The position numbers and the translations under genes are program-made. The notes below the pieces were generated by a model. It made no database searches. It was not told the DNA's origin and was given only the letters and a program-made list of their open reading frames with translations. Of a stretch of 64,000 nt of DNA, positions 1 through 8,648 are shown in pieces (positions within the stretch are counted from its first letter, which is position 1; every line of letters starts with the position of its first letter). This DNA is from Halorarum halobium (GTDB lineage: Archaea > Halobacteriota > Halobacteria > Halobacteriales > Haloferacaceae), in the NCBI RefSeq assembly GCF_032116555.1, contig NZ_CP134949.1:1860001-1924000 (forward strand), in the 5' to 3' direction.

Positions 1-713
1 AAGCTGGCGGCCTCGAAGTCGGCCGGCGACGCGCCGCGGGTCAGCCGGTTCGTGTCGGAGAGGATGCCGTACAGCAGGCCGGTGGCCGTCCGGGTCGGGA
101 GCGCCTCCCCGTCGACCTCGCTGTCGTGTCGGTCCGGCGGCACCGGCGTCGCGCCCGCGGCCCGGAGATACTCGGTCAGGATGCTCGAACACGCGCCGTA
201 CTCCGTGCGTACGTCGGTGAACTCCTGACCCGCGCCGCCGCCGGGGTGGTGGTCGATGACGCACGCCGGGAGGACGCCGTCCGCGCCGGTGAAGCCGCGC
301 GGTTCGTTGTGGTCGACGAGCACGACCGCCTCCGATTCGATCTCGGAGACGTGTTCGAGCTTCTCCATCTCGACGTCGAGCACCGTGCGGAACGCCCTAT
401 TCTCCTGTCTGCGGATCTGCCCGGGGAACTGGAGCGCCGCCTCGGTGTCGACGGTCTCGGCCATGCGAGCGACGCCGAGCGCCGAGGCCATCGCGTCGGC
501 GTCCGGGTTCGGGTGCAACAGCACGGCGACCTCCTCGTGCTCGGCGAGCACGGCCGCGAACCGTTTCCCCGCCGGCCGTTTCAGCCAGCGATAGACCAGT
601 CCGCCGGCCACGAGGAGGAGAATCCCGCCGACCACGGCAGCGACCACCTGCTGGTCGACCTGTGAAAGGCCCTCGATGCCGCGGACGAGTTGGCCCCTCA
701 CGTCCTGTATCAT
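1..713 (-). CDS. DHH-family phosphoesterase with N-terminal membrane anchor (3' end runs off the window)
   Basis: Not in the ORF track. Manual translation from ATG at 713 gives MIQDVRGQ...VVGGILLLVAGGLVYRW...LLHPNPDADAMASA...VLVDHN...VIDHHPG...GLLYGILSDT, containing the DxD, DHH and GIxxDT motifs. Confidence 0.85.
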   Translation of the reverse strand, partial: MIQDVRGQLVRGIEGLSQVDQQVVAAVVGGILLLVAGGLVYRWLKRPAGKRFAAVLAEHEEVAVLLHPNPDADAMASALGVARMAETVDTEAALQFPGQIRRQENRAFRTVLDVEMEKLEHVSEIESEAVVLVDHNEPRGFTGADGVLPACVIDHHPGGGAGQEFTDVRTEYGACSSILTEYLRAAGATPVPPDRHDSEVDGEALPTRTATGLLYGILSDTNRLTRGASPADFEAAS

Positions 714-774
714 GTTCGGGGGCTGGAACTGGGATACCAAGAAAGTACTAGACGGTTTCCGCGTGCAACGGACG

Positions 775-1674
775 TTAGTCGGACGACGTCTCGGAGGTTG
801 CTTCGACGGCGCTCCGGTACCCCTCCCGGTAGGTCGGGTACGTCAGGTCGTAGCCCAGGTCGTGCAGCTTCGCGTTCCGACAGCGTTTGCTCGTCCGAAC
901 GCGTCGTTCGGCGGCCGGCGAGAGGTCGCCCGCCTCGATTCGCTCCGCCTTCGCCCGTTTTTCCGGACGGGCCACGCGGGCTTCGTCCGCGAGCCAGTCC
1001 GCGAAGGCCCACTTGTCGGCGGGTTCGTCGTCCGCGACGAGCACGACTTCCCCGCGGGCCCCGTCAGTTTCGATGAGATGCGCGACGGCCCCGGCCGCGT
1101 CCTCGCGGTGGATCATGTTCAGGTAGCCGGCAGTTACCGGGCCCTCGAGATACCGATCGAGCCGGAAGCGGTCGGGGCCGTACAGTCCCGCGAACCGGAC
1201 GACCGTCCCGTCGATTCCGTGGTCTGCCGCCGACTCCAGTACTAGCCGCTCGGCCTCGACCAGCACCTCGGTCTTTTCGGTCGTCGGGTCCAGCGGCGTC
1301 TCCTCGTCGACCCAGTCGCCGCCGTGGTCGCCGTACACGCCGGTACTCGACGTGTAGATCACGCGCTCGGGCGGATCGGTCCGTGAGCCGTACTCCGCGA
1401 GCACGTTCGAGAGCCCCTCGACGTACACCTCCCGTGCCGCGTCCGCCCCGCGACCGCCCGTGCTCGCTGCGAACACGAGGACGTCCCCGTCGGGGAGCGA
1501 TCCGAGCGACGCCGGTTCGGTGACGTCCGCCTCGACGGCGTCCGCTCCGGCTTCGCTGACTGCAGCCAGGCCGGCCGCCGACCTTCGGACGCCCGTCACG
1601 TCGTGTCCGTCGGCCAGCAACTGTCGCGCGAGTTCGAGCCCCACGTAGCCACACCCCAGGACGACGACACGCAT
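775..1674 (-). CDS. NAD-dependent epimerase/dehydratase (extended SDR family)
   Basis: GCGYVG Rossmann motif, YTSSTGVYGD and RFAGLYGP. Confidence 0.9.
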   Translation of the reverse strand: MRVVVLGCGYVGLELARQLLADGHDVTGVRRSAAGLAAVSEAGADAVEADVTEPASLGSLPDGDVLVFAASTGGRGADAAREVYVEGLSNVLAEYGSRTDPPERVIYTSSTGVYGDHGGDWVDEETPLDPTTEKTEVLVEAERLVLESAADHGIDGTVVRFAGLYGPDRFRLDRYLEGPVTAGYLNMIHREDAAGAVAHLIETDGARGEVVLVADDEPADKWAFADWLADEARVARPEKRAKAERIEAGDLSPAAERRVRTSKRCRNAKLHDLGYDLTYPTYREGYRSAVEATSETSSD

Positions 1675-1675
1675 C

Positions 1676-2101
1676 TCAGCGCTTGCGCTCGAGGACGAGC
1701 GCGTGGATCGACGCCAGTTCGGCGAGCGTGAGTCGCGCTCTGCCTTCCAGCGCCTGCTGGACCTCCTGACCCGTGAGATCCTGGTCGATGTTCGCCGCGA
1801 TGGTGTCGACGTCGAGGATGGCGGTCACCATCTCCATCATCAGGTGATCGCGCACCTCGAACGCGAGGTCCTCGGCGGGTGCATCCTCCAGGAGCGCCAG
1901 CAGCGTCGCAGCCTCGGCGAGTCTGATATCGGCGACGTCGCCGGCCGCGACGGCTTCGACGGTCGCCTCGTCGAGCCCGGTCGCCTCGGCGGTTTCGTCG
2001 GGGCCGTACTCCGCCACGACGGCGGCCAGTTCCTCGGCGTAGGCCGCGAGGAGTTCCGCCTCGGTCGCCCCCTCGGGTTCGCCGTGGGCGTCATAGAGCA
2101 T
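1676..2101 (-). CDS. Conserved haloarchaeal hypothetical protein (DUF5791-like, possible HTH fold)
   Basis: Start re-set to ATG 2101 (MLYDAHGEP...). Acidic composition; stop lies immediately upstream of the SDR start. Confidence 0.7.
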   Translation of the reverse strand: MLYDAHGEPEGATEAELLAAYAEELAAVVAEYGPDETAEATGLDEATVEAVAAGDVADIRLAEAATLLALLEDAPAEDLAFEVRDHLMMEMVTAILDVDTIAANIDQDLTGQEVQQALEGRARLTLAELASIHALVLERKR

Positions 2102-2189
2102 ACCGACCTCTCCCCGCCGCGCGGCCAAAACGGTTGTCACTACGAGGGACATCGTCATGGCGGTCGAGCGGGAACGCGAAGGGAGGCCG

Positions 2190-5100
2190 TCACGTTGCCA
2201 CATCGCACCCGGAAACGCCGTCATCCGGGCACGGCCAACCGGCCGAGCGTTCGTCCGCGTTGCCATCGACGTCGCCGACGCCGCCCGCACCGGTCGGAAC
2301 GGCGACCAGAACGACGGTCTCGGTTCGGAACGAGACCCGCTCGTTTCGTCCGACCAGTTCGGGTTCCCCGTCGCCGTCGGCGTCGAACCGGACGGCGTCG
2401 CCGTCACGGACGTATCGGAGAACCGAGCCCGTCCCGTCGGGCGGACCCGTTCGCGCCTCGACGGTGAACCGGGGGTAGTAGCCACGGACTTCGACGCCCC
2501 AGACGTTCACGGTCGCGTACCAGTAGCCGGGGACGGGTGCGACCGGCAGTCCTGCCACCACCGGCCCGACCGTCTCGTTCGCGTAGCGATCCCGAATCCG
2601 CCGTGCGGCACGGTCCGTCCCGGCCGCGACCGCCTCCCGGACGAGTTCCCTGGCCACCCGTCGTTCCGTCCCGACGGTTTCGTTCGTGAGACTCCGATCC
2701 ACCGCCACGTTCGAGCTTTTCGCTACGTTCGTCGTGGCGATCCGGAGGCGGAGCGCGAGCCGGTCCCGTTCGTTCGGCGTCATCCGGCTCCGTCGACCGG
2801 CCGCGCGTGCGACGGCGTCCGCGTACGTCCCGTTCGTCGCCGCGACCGCTCTCGCCCCGGTCCCGGCGAACTCCGCGTCGGCTTCCCGGAGAACCATTCC
2901 CCGGTCACTGGCAGACAGACGTCCCCCGCCTTCGGCTTCGAGCACCTGATTCGCCCGCGCCCGGACCCGTGACATCGACCCGGCCACGGCCGTCGCCAGT
3001 TCGTCGCGCTGCCGACGCAACGTTCGGTTCTGCCGCGCGTCCAGCGTGCGATTGGCCCTGATGAGCGCGAGCCCGCCAGTCCGAAGCGACGCGGTCTCTC
3101 CCTCGGAAAAGACCGTCTCGGTCACCGCGTCCGCGGCGTCGCCGCTCGGAACGGTGAAGACGTTCGTGTTCCGCGCCGCGAGCGGGTAGACACGGCTCCC
3201 GTCCTCGACCCCGTCCAGTCGACTCCCCTCCACCGCGGTCACCGTGAGATAGCTGGGCTCCGTATCGGGCGTCAGGACGACCGGCCCCGCGAGCCGTCCG
3301 CCGACCGGTCGGGGCTCCGGCGTGAGGCGATCGGCCGTGACCGAGGCTACGTCGTCGAGGTTCCCGGCGAGTGGGACGCCGCTACCATCGAGCACCTGCC
3401 GGAACTCGTCGTTTCTATCGCTCACCCCACCGGCACGCTGGTCGAGTCGAGCGAGCACCCGGTCGACGTACGCCGCCCGTGCCGCGACACGTGCGTTGTC
3501 GGCGACGCCGTCGTAGCTGGATGGTGGGGAAACGAGCGACGAACGTCGCTCCCGAATCTCCGCGACGAGTGCGGCAGGGGCGTTGGCGTCGCCGGCCGCG
3601 ACCGCCTCCCGGTCGACCGTGACCGTCACGTTTCGGATCTCCTCCCGGAGGAAGGCGACGTCGGCGTACACCCACTCGTCCAGTTCGGCCGGTCGGTCCC
3701 CCGACAGCGTCACGGTCGTCGTGTCGTCGCGCCCGTGAACGGCCGACCGTGCAAGTTGCTCGATGGTGTTAGAGCCCGCAAGCCGGCCGAGTGCCTCGCC
3801 CCTGACGTCCGCGAGGTTCGGCCCGTCGAGCGCACCACCGCGGACGAACGCGGGCGACACGTTCCGGTCCGGCGCGGCGGCCGGCGGGAGATGAGCCGCC
3901 TCGATCCGGATTCTGACCTCGTGATCGTCGCGCCAGTGAACGCGGGTCGTCTCGATCCCGGCCGGAGTCCGCCAGGTTCGGACGGCCGTGTGTGTCACCT
4001 GGACGGCCACCGTCGTGTCGAGATACTCCCGTGGCGCCTTCGTGGCCGCCCCAGTTCTACCGAGCACCGTCGTCATCGAGTCCCGCCGCTCGTCGAGCAG
4101 CGTCACGTTCGGCCCCGGCGGTGACGGCGGCGGCCGGCGACCACGATCCGACGACGTGACGCGTGCCGTTCTGGTGACCTCCGCACGGTAGGCTCGGTCG
4201 ATCTGGCGACCCATCTTCGAATCGATGAACCCCGCGAAGGCGACGTCTGCGGTGTGGTTCACCCCGACGGCGATCTGAGCATCCGTCGACGAGTTCGCGG
4301 GGTGTGGAATCCCGTCGTCCGATCCGCTCCCGCCGGCCGACGCCGCCGACAGCACCGTCTCCGTCCACACGGGCCCCTGTCGTGTGGCGGGGCCGACGAG
4401 GTCGGTCATCCCGACCCTGGCGGTCGCTCCGAGGACGCCAGCGCGACCTTCCGGGTCCGCTCGGCCGAACGCCGCACGCTGTTCGCGGAGCGCCGCGGCG
4501 TTGGTCGACAGTTCCACGTGCCTGTTTGCGAGCACGTTCTGCACCGGAGCGCCGCCGTACTGTGCAAGCCCTCTCGCCTGCGCGACCGCCGTGAGTCGCC
4601 ACGTCAACTGTCTCCCGAGCCCCGGACCCTCCAGCGGACTCGCGTTCAGCCGTCGTTCGTACCGCCGTGTCCGTTCGTGCATCGCAAGCACCGGCACCGC
4701 GACCGTGACGACGTACGAGGTCCGCTCCGTCGCGACGACCCCGCCGTCGTTGCGGGCGGTCAACGTCACGTTTCGCACCGTGACGGTCATCGCGGTGCCG
4801 TCGTCGACGGACCGAACCCGGATGCGGCGTTTCGCCTCGTGGAGGTCCGCAGTCGAGTCGACTGCCGGGAGGCTCGCGGTGGCGACCGTCCGCCCGTCGT
4901 CGACCCGCGTCGTGGAGAGCGCTCGGGCGACCGACCCGTGGATCCGGAGTTTCAGGGCGTCCCGAAACGGGTCAGTTCGGTTGAGCGACCGGCCTACTGG
5001 GGTATCAGCAGGTTCGATCACCGGGTTCATCGCGGCCTCCCGTGCGGCGGCCGTCGCCGCCGCGCGGACGGCGGGTCGTGCCGAGGACTCGGCCCGCTCC

Positions 5101-5240
5101 AGCGTCTCGCTCGCCGCCGCGGTGCCGCCGACCGGCCCCGAGAGCGCGAGCGTGTTCGCGTAGGCGACGCTCCCGAGGAGGAGCACGACGCCGACCAGCG
5201 CGAACGGGACCCGCGCGCGATCGCTCGACCCAGCCGTCAT
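2190..5240 (-). CDS. Large exported pilus-associated protein with pilin-like N-terminus
   Basis: ATG 5240 overlaps the upstream stop (ATGA). N-terminus DRARVPFALVGVVLLL has a charged-then-hydrophobic pattern; DADGDG motif near the C-terminus; last gene of the pilB/pilC cluster. Confidence 0.8.
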   Translation of the reverse strand: MTAGSSDRARVPFALVGVVLLLGSVAYANTLALSGPVGGTAAASETLERAESSARPAVRAAATAAAREAAMNPVIEPADTPVGRSLNRTDPFRDALKLRIHGSVARALSTTRVDDGRTVATASLPAVDSTADLHEAKRRIRVRSVDDGTAMTVTVRNVTLTARNDGGVVATERTSYVVTVAVPVLAMHERTRRYERRLNASPLEGPGLGRQLTWRLTAVAQARGLAQYGGAPVQNVLANRHVELSTNAAALREQRAAFGRADPEGRAGVLGATARVGMTDLVGPATRQGPVWTETVLSAASAGGSGSDDGIPHPANSSTDAQIAVGVNHTADVAFAGFIDSKMGRQIDRAYRAEVTRTARVTSSDRGRRPPPSPPGPNVTLLDERRDSMTTVLGRTGAATKAPREYLDTTVAVQVTHTAVRTWRTPAGIETTRVHWRDDHEVRIRIEAAHLPPAAAPDRNVSPAFVRGGALDGPNLADVRGEALGRLAGSNTIEQLARSAVHGRDDTTTVTLSGDRPAELDEWVYADVAFLREEIRNVTVTVDREAVAAGDANAPAALVAEIRERRSSLVSPPSSYDGVADNARVAARAAYVDRVLARLDQRAGGVSDRNDEFRQVLDGSGVPLAGNLDDVASVTADRLTPEPRPVGGRLAGPVVLTPDTEPSYLTVTAVEGSRLDGVEDGSRVYPLAARNTNVFTVPSGDAADAVTETVFSEGETASLRTGGLALIRANRTLDARQNRTLRRQRDELATAVAGSMSRVRARANQVLEAEGGGRLSASDRGMVLREADAEFAGTGARAVAATNGTYADAVARAAGRRSRMTPNERDRLALRLRIATTNVAKSSNVAVDRSLTNETVGTERRVARELVREAVAAGTDRAARRIRDRYANETVGPVVAGLPVAPVPGYWYATVNVWGVEVRGYYPRFTVEARTGPPDGTGSVLRYVRDGDAVRFDADGDGEPELVGRNERVSFRTETVVLVAVPTGAGGVGDVDGNADERSAGWPCPDDGVSGCDVAT

Positions 5241-6085
5241 GGAGCCCACGTCCTGACGACGATGACGACGCGACGGGACCGCTCGATCGACGTCGCGGAT
5301 CGACCATCACTGGAACCCTCCCGACGGTCGGCATGGATCCGGTCGGCGACGGCCGGCCGGAGTCGGTCGTTCGCGGCGGCCGGACCGCCCGCTCGAAGGG
5401 CGTCGAGGGTGTCGATTCCGTAGAGCCGTCCCGCCCGACGATACCGGTGCTCGACGAGCCCCGGAAGGGGCGAGTCGTCCTGCAGAGCGAATCGCAGCTG
5501 TTCGGGCGGAAAGAGCGCCCGAACGAGAAACCCCGCGAGCCGGTCCTCCCGATCCGTCGCGCCGACGGTGTCGGTCGTCGTTCCGCCGGCGGCGGACGGC
5601 TGCACGCGGACGGGGACGGTCAATCGCGCCGCGTCTACCGCGCGGTCGCCAGGGGGTGCGGGGCCGACGGCGACCCCGCCGTGAACGTGTGACCCGGGGT
5701 ACGGTTCCCACCTCGCGTCCACGCGCGTCCGAGCCGGCAGCGAGTTCAGCACGGCGCGGTGAACCGCGCGCCGGAACCCGCCGGACGCGTTCGTCAACGA
5801 CTCACCGTCGATTCGAACGGACCGGAACGCCGCACGAGCGAGCAGTTCCGCGAGCGTCCCGTGGGCGACGCGGTCGAGTTCCCCGCTCGCGGCCGACGAC
5901 GATGCCGTGTCCCCCGACCCGGGCTGGAGGGTGTAGGAGACGTTCGCGGTGGTCACCGAGAGCGTCTCCGCCGCGGCATCGGCACGGCCCTCCGGTACCG
6001 GCGGGTCACGAGCACCGACGACCGTGAGCGCGGCCGCGCTCACGAGGAGGAGACACAGCCCCGCGTCGAGCGCTGTCGCCGTCAC
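5237..6085 (-). CDS. Pilus-cluster protein with N-terminal hydrophobic helix
   Basis: Probable GTG start at 6085 overlapping the upstream TGA (GTGA); MTATALDAGLCLLLVSAAAL...; ends IVVRTWAP. Confidence 0.7.
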   Translation of the reverse strand: MTATALDAGLCLLLVSAAALTVVGARDPPVPEGRADAAAETLSVTTANVSYTLQPGSGDTASSSAASGELDRVAHGTLAELLARAAFRSVRIDGESLTNASGGFRRAVHRAVLNSLPARTRVDARWEPYPGSHVHGGVAVGPAPPGDRAVDAARLTVPVRVQPSAAGGTTTDTVGATDREDRLAGFLVRALFPPEQLRFALQDDSPLPGLVEHRYRRAGRLYGIDTLDALRAGGPAAANDRLRPAVADRIHADRREGSSDGRSATSIERSRRVVIVVRTWAP

Positions 6086-6474
6086 GGCCACACCCCCACC
6101 TGCAACGTGGCCGATCGGACGGTTCCGGGACGGAGTCGTACGCCGACGGACGTCGAATCCGTGTCCGCGGTTCGTGGCGGTTCGGGCCCGGCCGTCCACC
6201 GGTGGTCATCGGACGTGAGCGTCACGTTCACCGAACGTCCGGACGGACCGGCCGTCGGTGCTCGTTCCACTCTCGACGGCTCCGCGATTCCGCCGGTCGT
6301 GAGGTGGTCCTCGACGCGCTCCAGCGTCGGCCCCGCGAGGTCGCGGTCGCCGTTCGGGACCGAGTCAGCGAGCACCAGCGCGTAGGCCGTCAGGCCGAAC
6401 ACGATGGCGAGTACGGCGGCCAGCGTCACCGTCGGCTCGGCCTGAGCCCTACCGGACGAGCACGAGCGTCGCAT
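6082..6474 (-). CDS. Small type IV pilin-like protein
   Basis: MRRSCSSGRA/QAEPTVTLAAVLAIVFGL fits a class III (PibD) signal peptide followed by a hydrophobic helix. Confidence 0.75.
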   Translation of the reverse strand: MRRSCSSGRAQAEPTVTLAAVLAIVFGLTAYALVLADSVPNGDRDLAGPTLERVEDHLTTGGIAEPSRVERAPTAGPSGRSVNVTLTSDDHRWTAGPEPPRTADTDSTSVGVRLRPGTVRSATLQVGVWP

Positions 6475-6919
6475 CCTCACCTCCCCAAGCGACGCGTCGA
6501 ACGATCAGTCGCTTGGCTCCCCGCCAGCCCGGCGGGTCCGTCCGCTCCCCGTCGAGCGCCCGCTCGAACGAGGCCCGGTCGGCGAACACCGCGCTCGGCT
6601 CGGACCCGGTGGCGACGGCAGCCAGCGCGCTTCCGGGTGGAGTCGGGACGACCGGACCGAACGCGAACCCTGCGTGGGCGACGCCGGCGTCCGACCGGAG
6701 CGTGAGGCCGGTGGACTCGACCATGACCGCGTCCGCGGCGAGCCGGTACTCGACGCTCGCGGGCGGGTCGTGTGCGGCGACCGAATCCACGGCGTTGGCC
6801 GCGGCGGTCGCGTCCGGCGGCGGTGCCGTCGGAAGACCGAAGGCCGTGCCGAGGACCGTCGTGGCCACGGCCGCGGTGCCGAGCCAGGCGTACCAGGCGT
6901 CCAGCGGGACGTCGAACAT
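6449..6919 (-). CDS. Pilus-cluster small membrane-anchored protein
   Basis: ATG 6919 (MFDVPLDAWYAWLGTAAVA...), preceded by a TATA-like box at the expected distance. Confidence 0.7.
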   Translation of the reverse strand: MFDVPLDAWYAWLGTAAVATTVLGTAFGLPTAPPPDATAAANAVDSVAAHDPPASVEYRLAADAVMVESTGLTLRSDAGVAHAGFAFGPVVPTPPGSALAAVATGSEPSAVFADRASFERALDGERTDPPGWRGAKRLIVRRVAWGGEDATLVLVR

Positions 6920-6927
6920 GGGGGTGC

Positions 6928-6951
6928 TGGCCGCGCTTTCGGTGATAAAGT
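6928..6951 (-). promoter_or_regulatory. Internal promoter of the pilus cluster (ACTTTATCA-N8-GCGGCCA-N8-ATG)
   Basis: TATA-like box and CCA occupy the same positions relative to the start codon as at 10546-10569 and 11549-11572. Confidence 0.55.
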
Positions 6952-8648
6952 TACAGCAGGAGGCCGGCACCGACGACGCCCGCGAGAAACGAGCCAACGG
7001 CCGTCAGCAGCGCGATCCCCGTCCGGTACGCGACGAGCCACCCGTCGAGTCCTCGCTCCAGCCCCGTGGCGAGCGACGTGAGGATGACGGCCAGCAGGAG
7101 CACGTACCAGCCGACCGCGGTCCCGACGAGATCCGGAGGTAGCATCGTGCCCGCTTGCCCCGCCGTGAGTCGAGCGTCAGCCTCCGCCAGGCGACGGGCG
7201 AGTGCCACGGTCGCACCGCCGACGAGCGGACCGAACAGCGCGGCGGTGTGTGAGAGCGTCCGCGTGACCGTGGCCAGCGCCCGCCGCCCCGTCCGTTCGT
7301 GTTCGAGGAGTTCGTCGAGCCTGTCCGCGTAGGTGCGGAGCGCATCCCCGGCCGGCCTCCCCTCGCGGGCCGCAGCGACCAGAAGCGCGACCGCGCCGCG
7401 CGAGCGGGTTCCGCCCCGAGTCGCCATCGGACCGTGCGTTCCCAGAAACGCCCTCCCGAGCCGGACGCCGAGCAGTTCACGACGGCGTGCCGCCCCCTCG
7501 AACGCCTCGCTCACGGGTCCCGACGTTATCGCTCCGGCGCGTTCCACCGCGTTCTCCACCGCAGTGCCCTCGCTGACGGCCCTCCCGACGACCGAGAGCG
7601 CGTCGGAGAGGCCGCGTTCGAGTTCACGGACCCGTCGCCGTTCCCGCACGATCGGTCGGGAGACGACGACCAGCACGGCACCGGACCCGGCCCCCACCGC
7701 GGCGATGTGACCGGCCCACCCACCGACCAGGGTCGTTCCGACGACCCATCCGACGCCGACCCCGCCGAACCCTGCGGCGACGCCGAGAACGATCCGTCGT
7801 CGCCGTTTCGCACCCGACGGGCTCACCGTCGGAGGCGGGAACGCGACGGGGCGCGCGGCCAGCAGCTTCACGCCCGCGACGGCGACGGAGCCGGGAAGCA
7901 GCACGTCGTAGCCGAGCACGAACACGGCTGGCGTGATCGGGATCCCGGCAGCCGTCGCCGCCGGGAGCGTCCCGACGAGCGCGAGCGGCAGGAGGACGCC
8001 GAACGCGTAGAGGCCGGTCACGGGCCCGTGGAGTTCGTTCGCGAACGCCTGGACGCGCTCGGAGAGCGCCCTGTCGACGGTGTCGACCGCGCGGTCGAGG
8101 ACCCGGTCGCGGCGATCCGGATCGGCCTCGGCCGCGGCTTCCAGGTTCGAAACCGCCCGTGCCAGCGCGGGGAACCACGGTTCCCACTCCCGGCCGAACC
8201 CCTGGAGTCCCGTCCGCGGCGTCCCGACGCTGCGTCCGACCCAGTCTCGGAGGCTCCTCGCGAGCAGCCCGTCCCCGGTCCGCGCCGTGAACCGCGCGGC
8301 GCGCTCGGGAACCGGCGTCAACCGAAGCTGCAACGCCAGCAGTCCCACCAGTTCGACCGCGTCGCCGAGCGCGCGGGTCCGTCTGAACGTGGCGAGCACC
8401 CGCGGCAGCCTCGGGACGGCAGAGACGAGTCCGAGTCCGCACGCCGCCCCGAGCAGGACGGCCGGGAGGACGCCGCCGATCAGGGTGGCGGCTCCCGCCA
8501 CCCCGAGGCCAGCCCCGGTCGAAAGCACGTAGCCGGCTTCGAGGACCTGTTCCGCGTCGCGGTCGACGCCAAGGAGCCCGAGCGACTGCCGAAACTCTCG
8601 TCCCGGGCGGACGGAAATCGGCCACAGGCCCGCGAGTTCGCTCAGCAT
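6951..8648 (-). CDS. pilC2: Type IV pilus / type II secretion membrane platform protein (PilC/TadC-like)
   Basis: Multi-pass membrane protein with two T2SS-F-like halves, overlapping the end of the secretion ATPase. The suffix 2 is inferred from adjacency to cetZ2. Confidence 0.75.
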   Translation of the reverse strand: MLSELAGLWPISVRPGREFRQSLGLLGVDRDAEQVLEAGYVLSTGAGLGVAGAATLIGGVLPAVLLGAACGLGLVSAVPRLPRVLATFRRTRALGDAVELVGLLALQLRLTPVPERAARFTARTGDGLLARSLRDWVGRSVGTPRTGLQGFGREWEPWFPALARAVSNLEAAAEADPDRRDRVLDRAVDTVDRALSERVQAFANELHGPVTGLYAFGVLLPLALVGTLPAATAAGIPITPAVFVLGYDVLLPGSVAVAGVKLLAARPVAFPPPTVSPSGAKRRRRIVLGVAAGFGGVGVGWVVGTTLVGGWAGHIAAVGAGSGAVLVVVSRPIVRERRRVRELERGLSDALSVVGRAVSEGTAVENAVERAGAITSGPVSEAFEGAARRRELLGVRLGRAFLGTHGPMATRGGTRSRGAVALLVAAAREGRPAGDALRTYADRLDELLEHERTGRRALATVTRTLSHTAALFGPLVGGATVALARRLAEADARLTAGQAGTMLPPDLVGTAVGWYVLLLAVILTSLATGLERGLDGWLVAYRTGIALLTAVGSFLAGVVGAGLLL

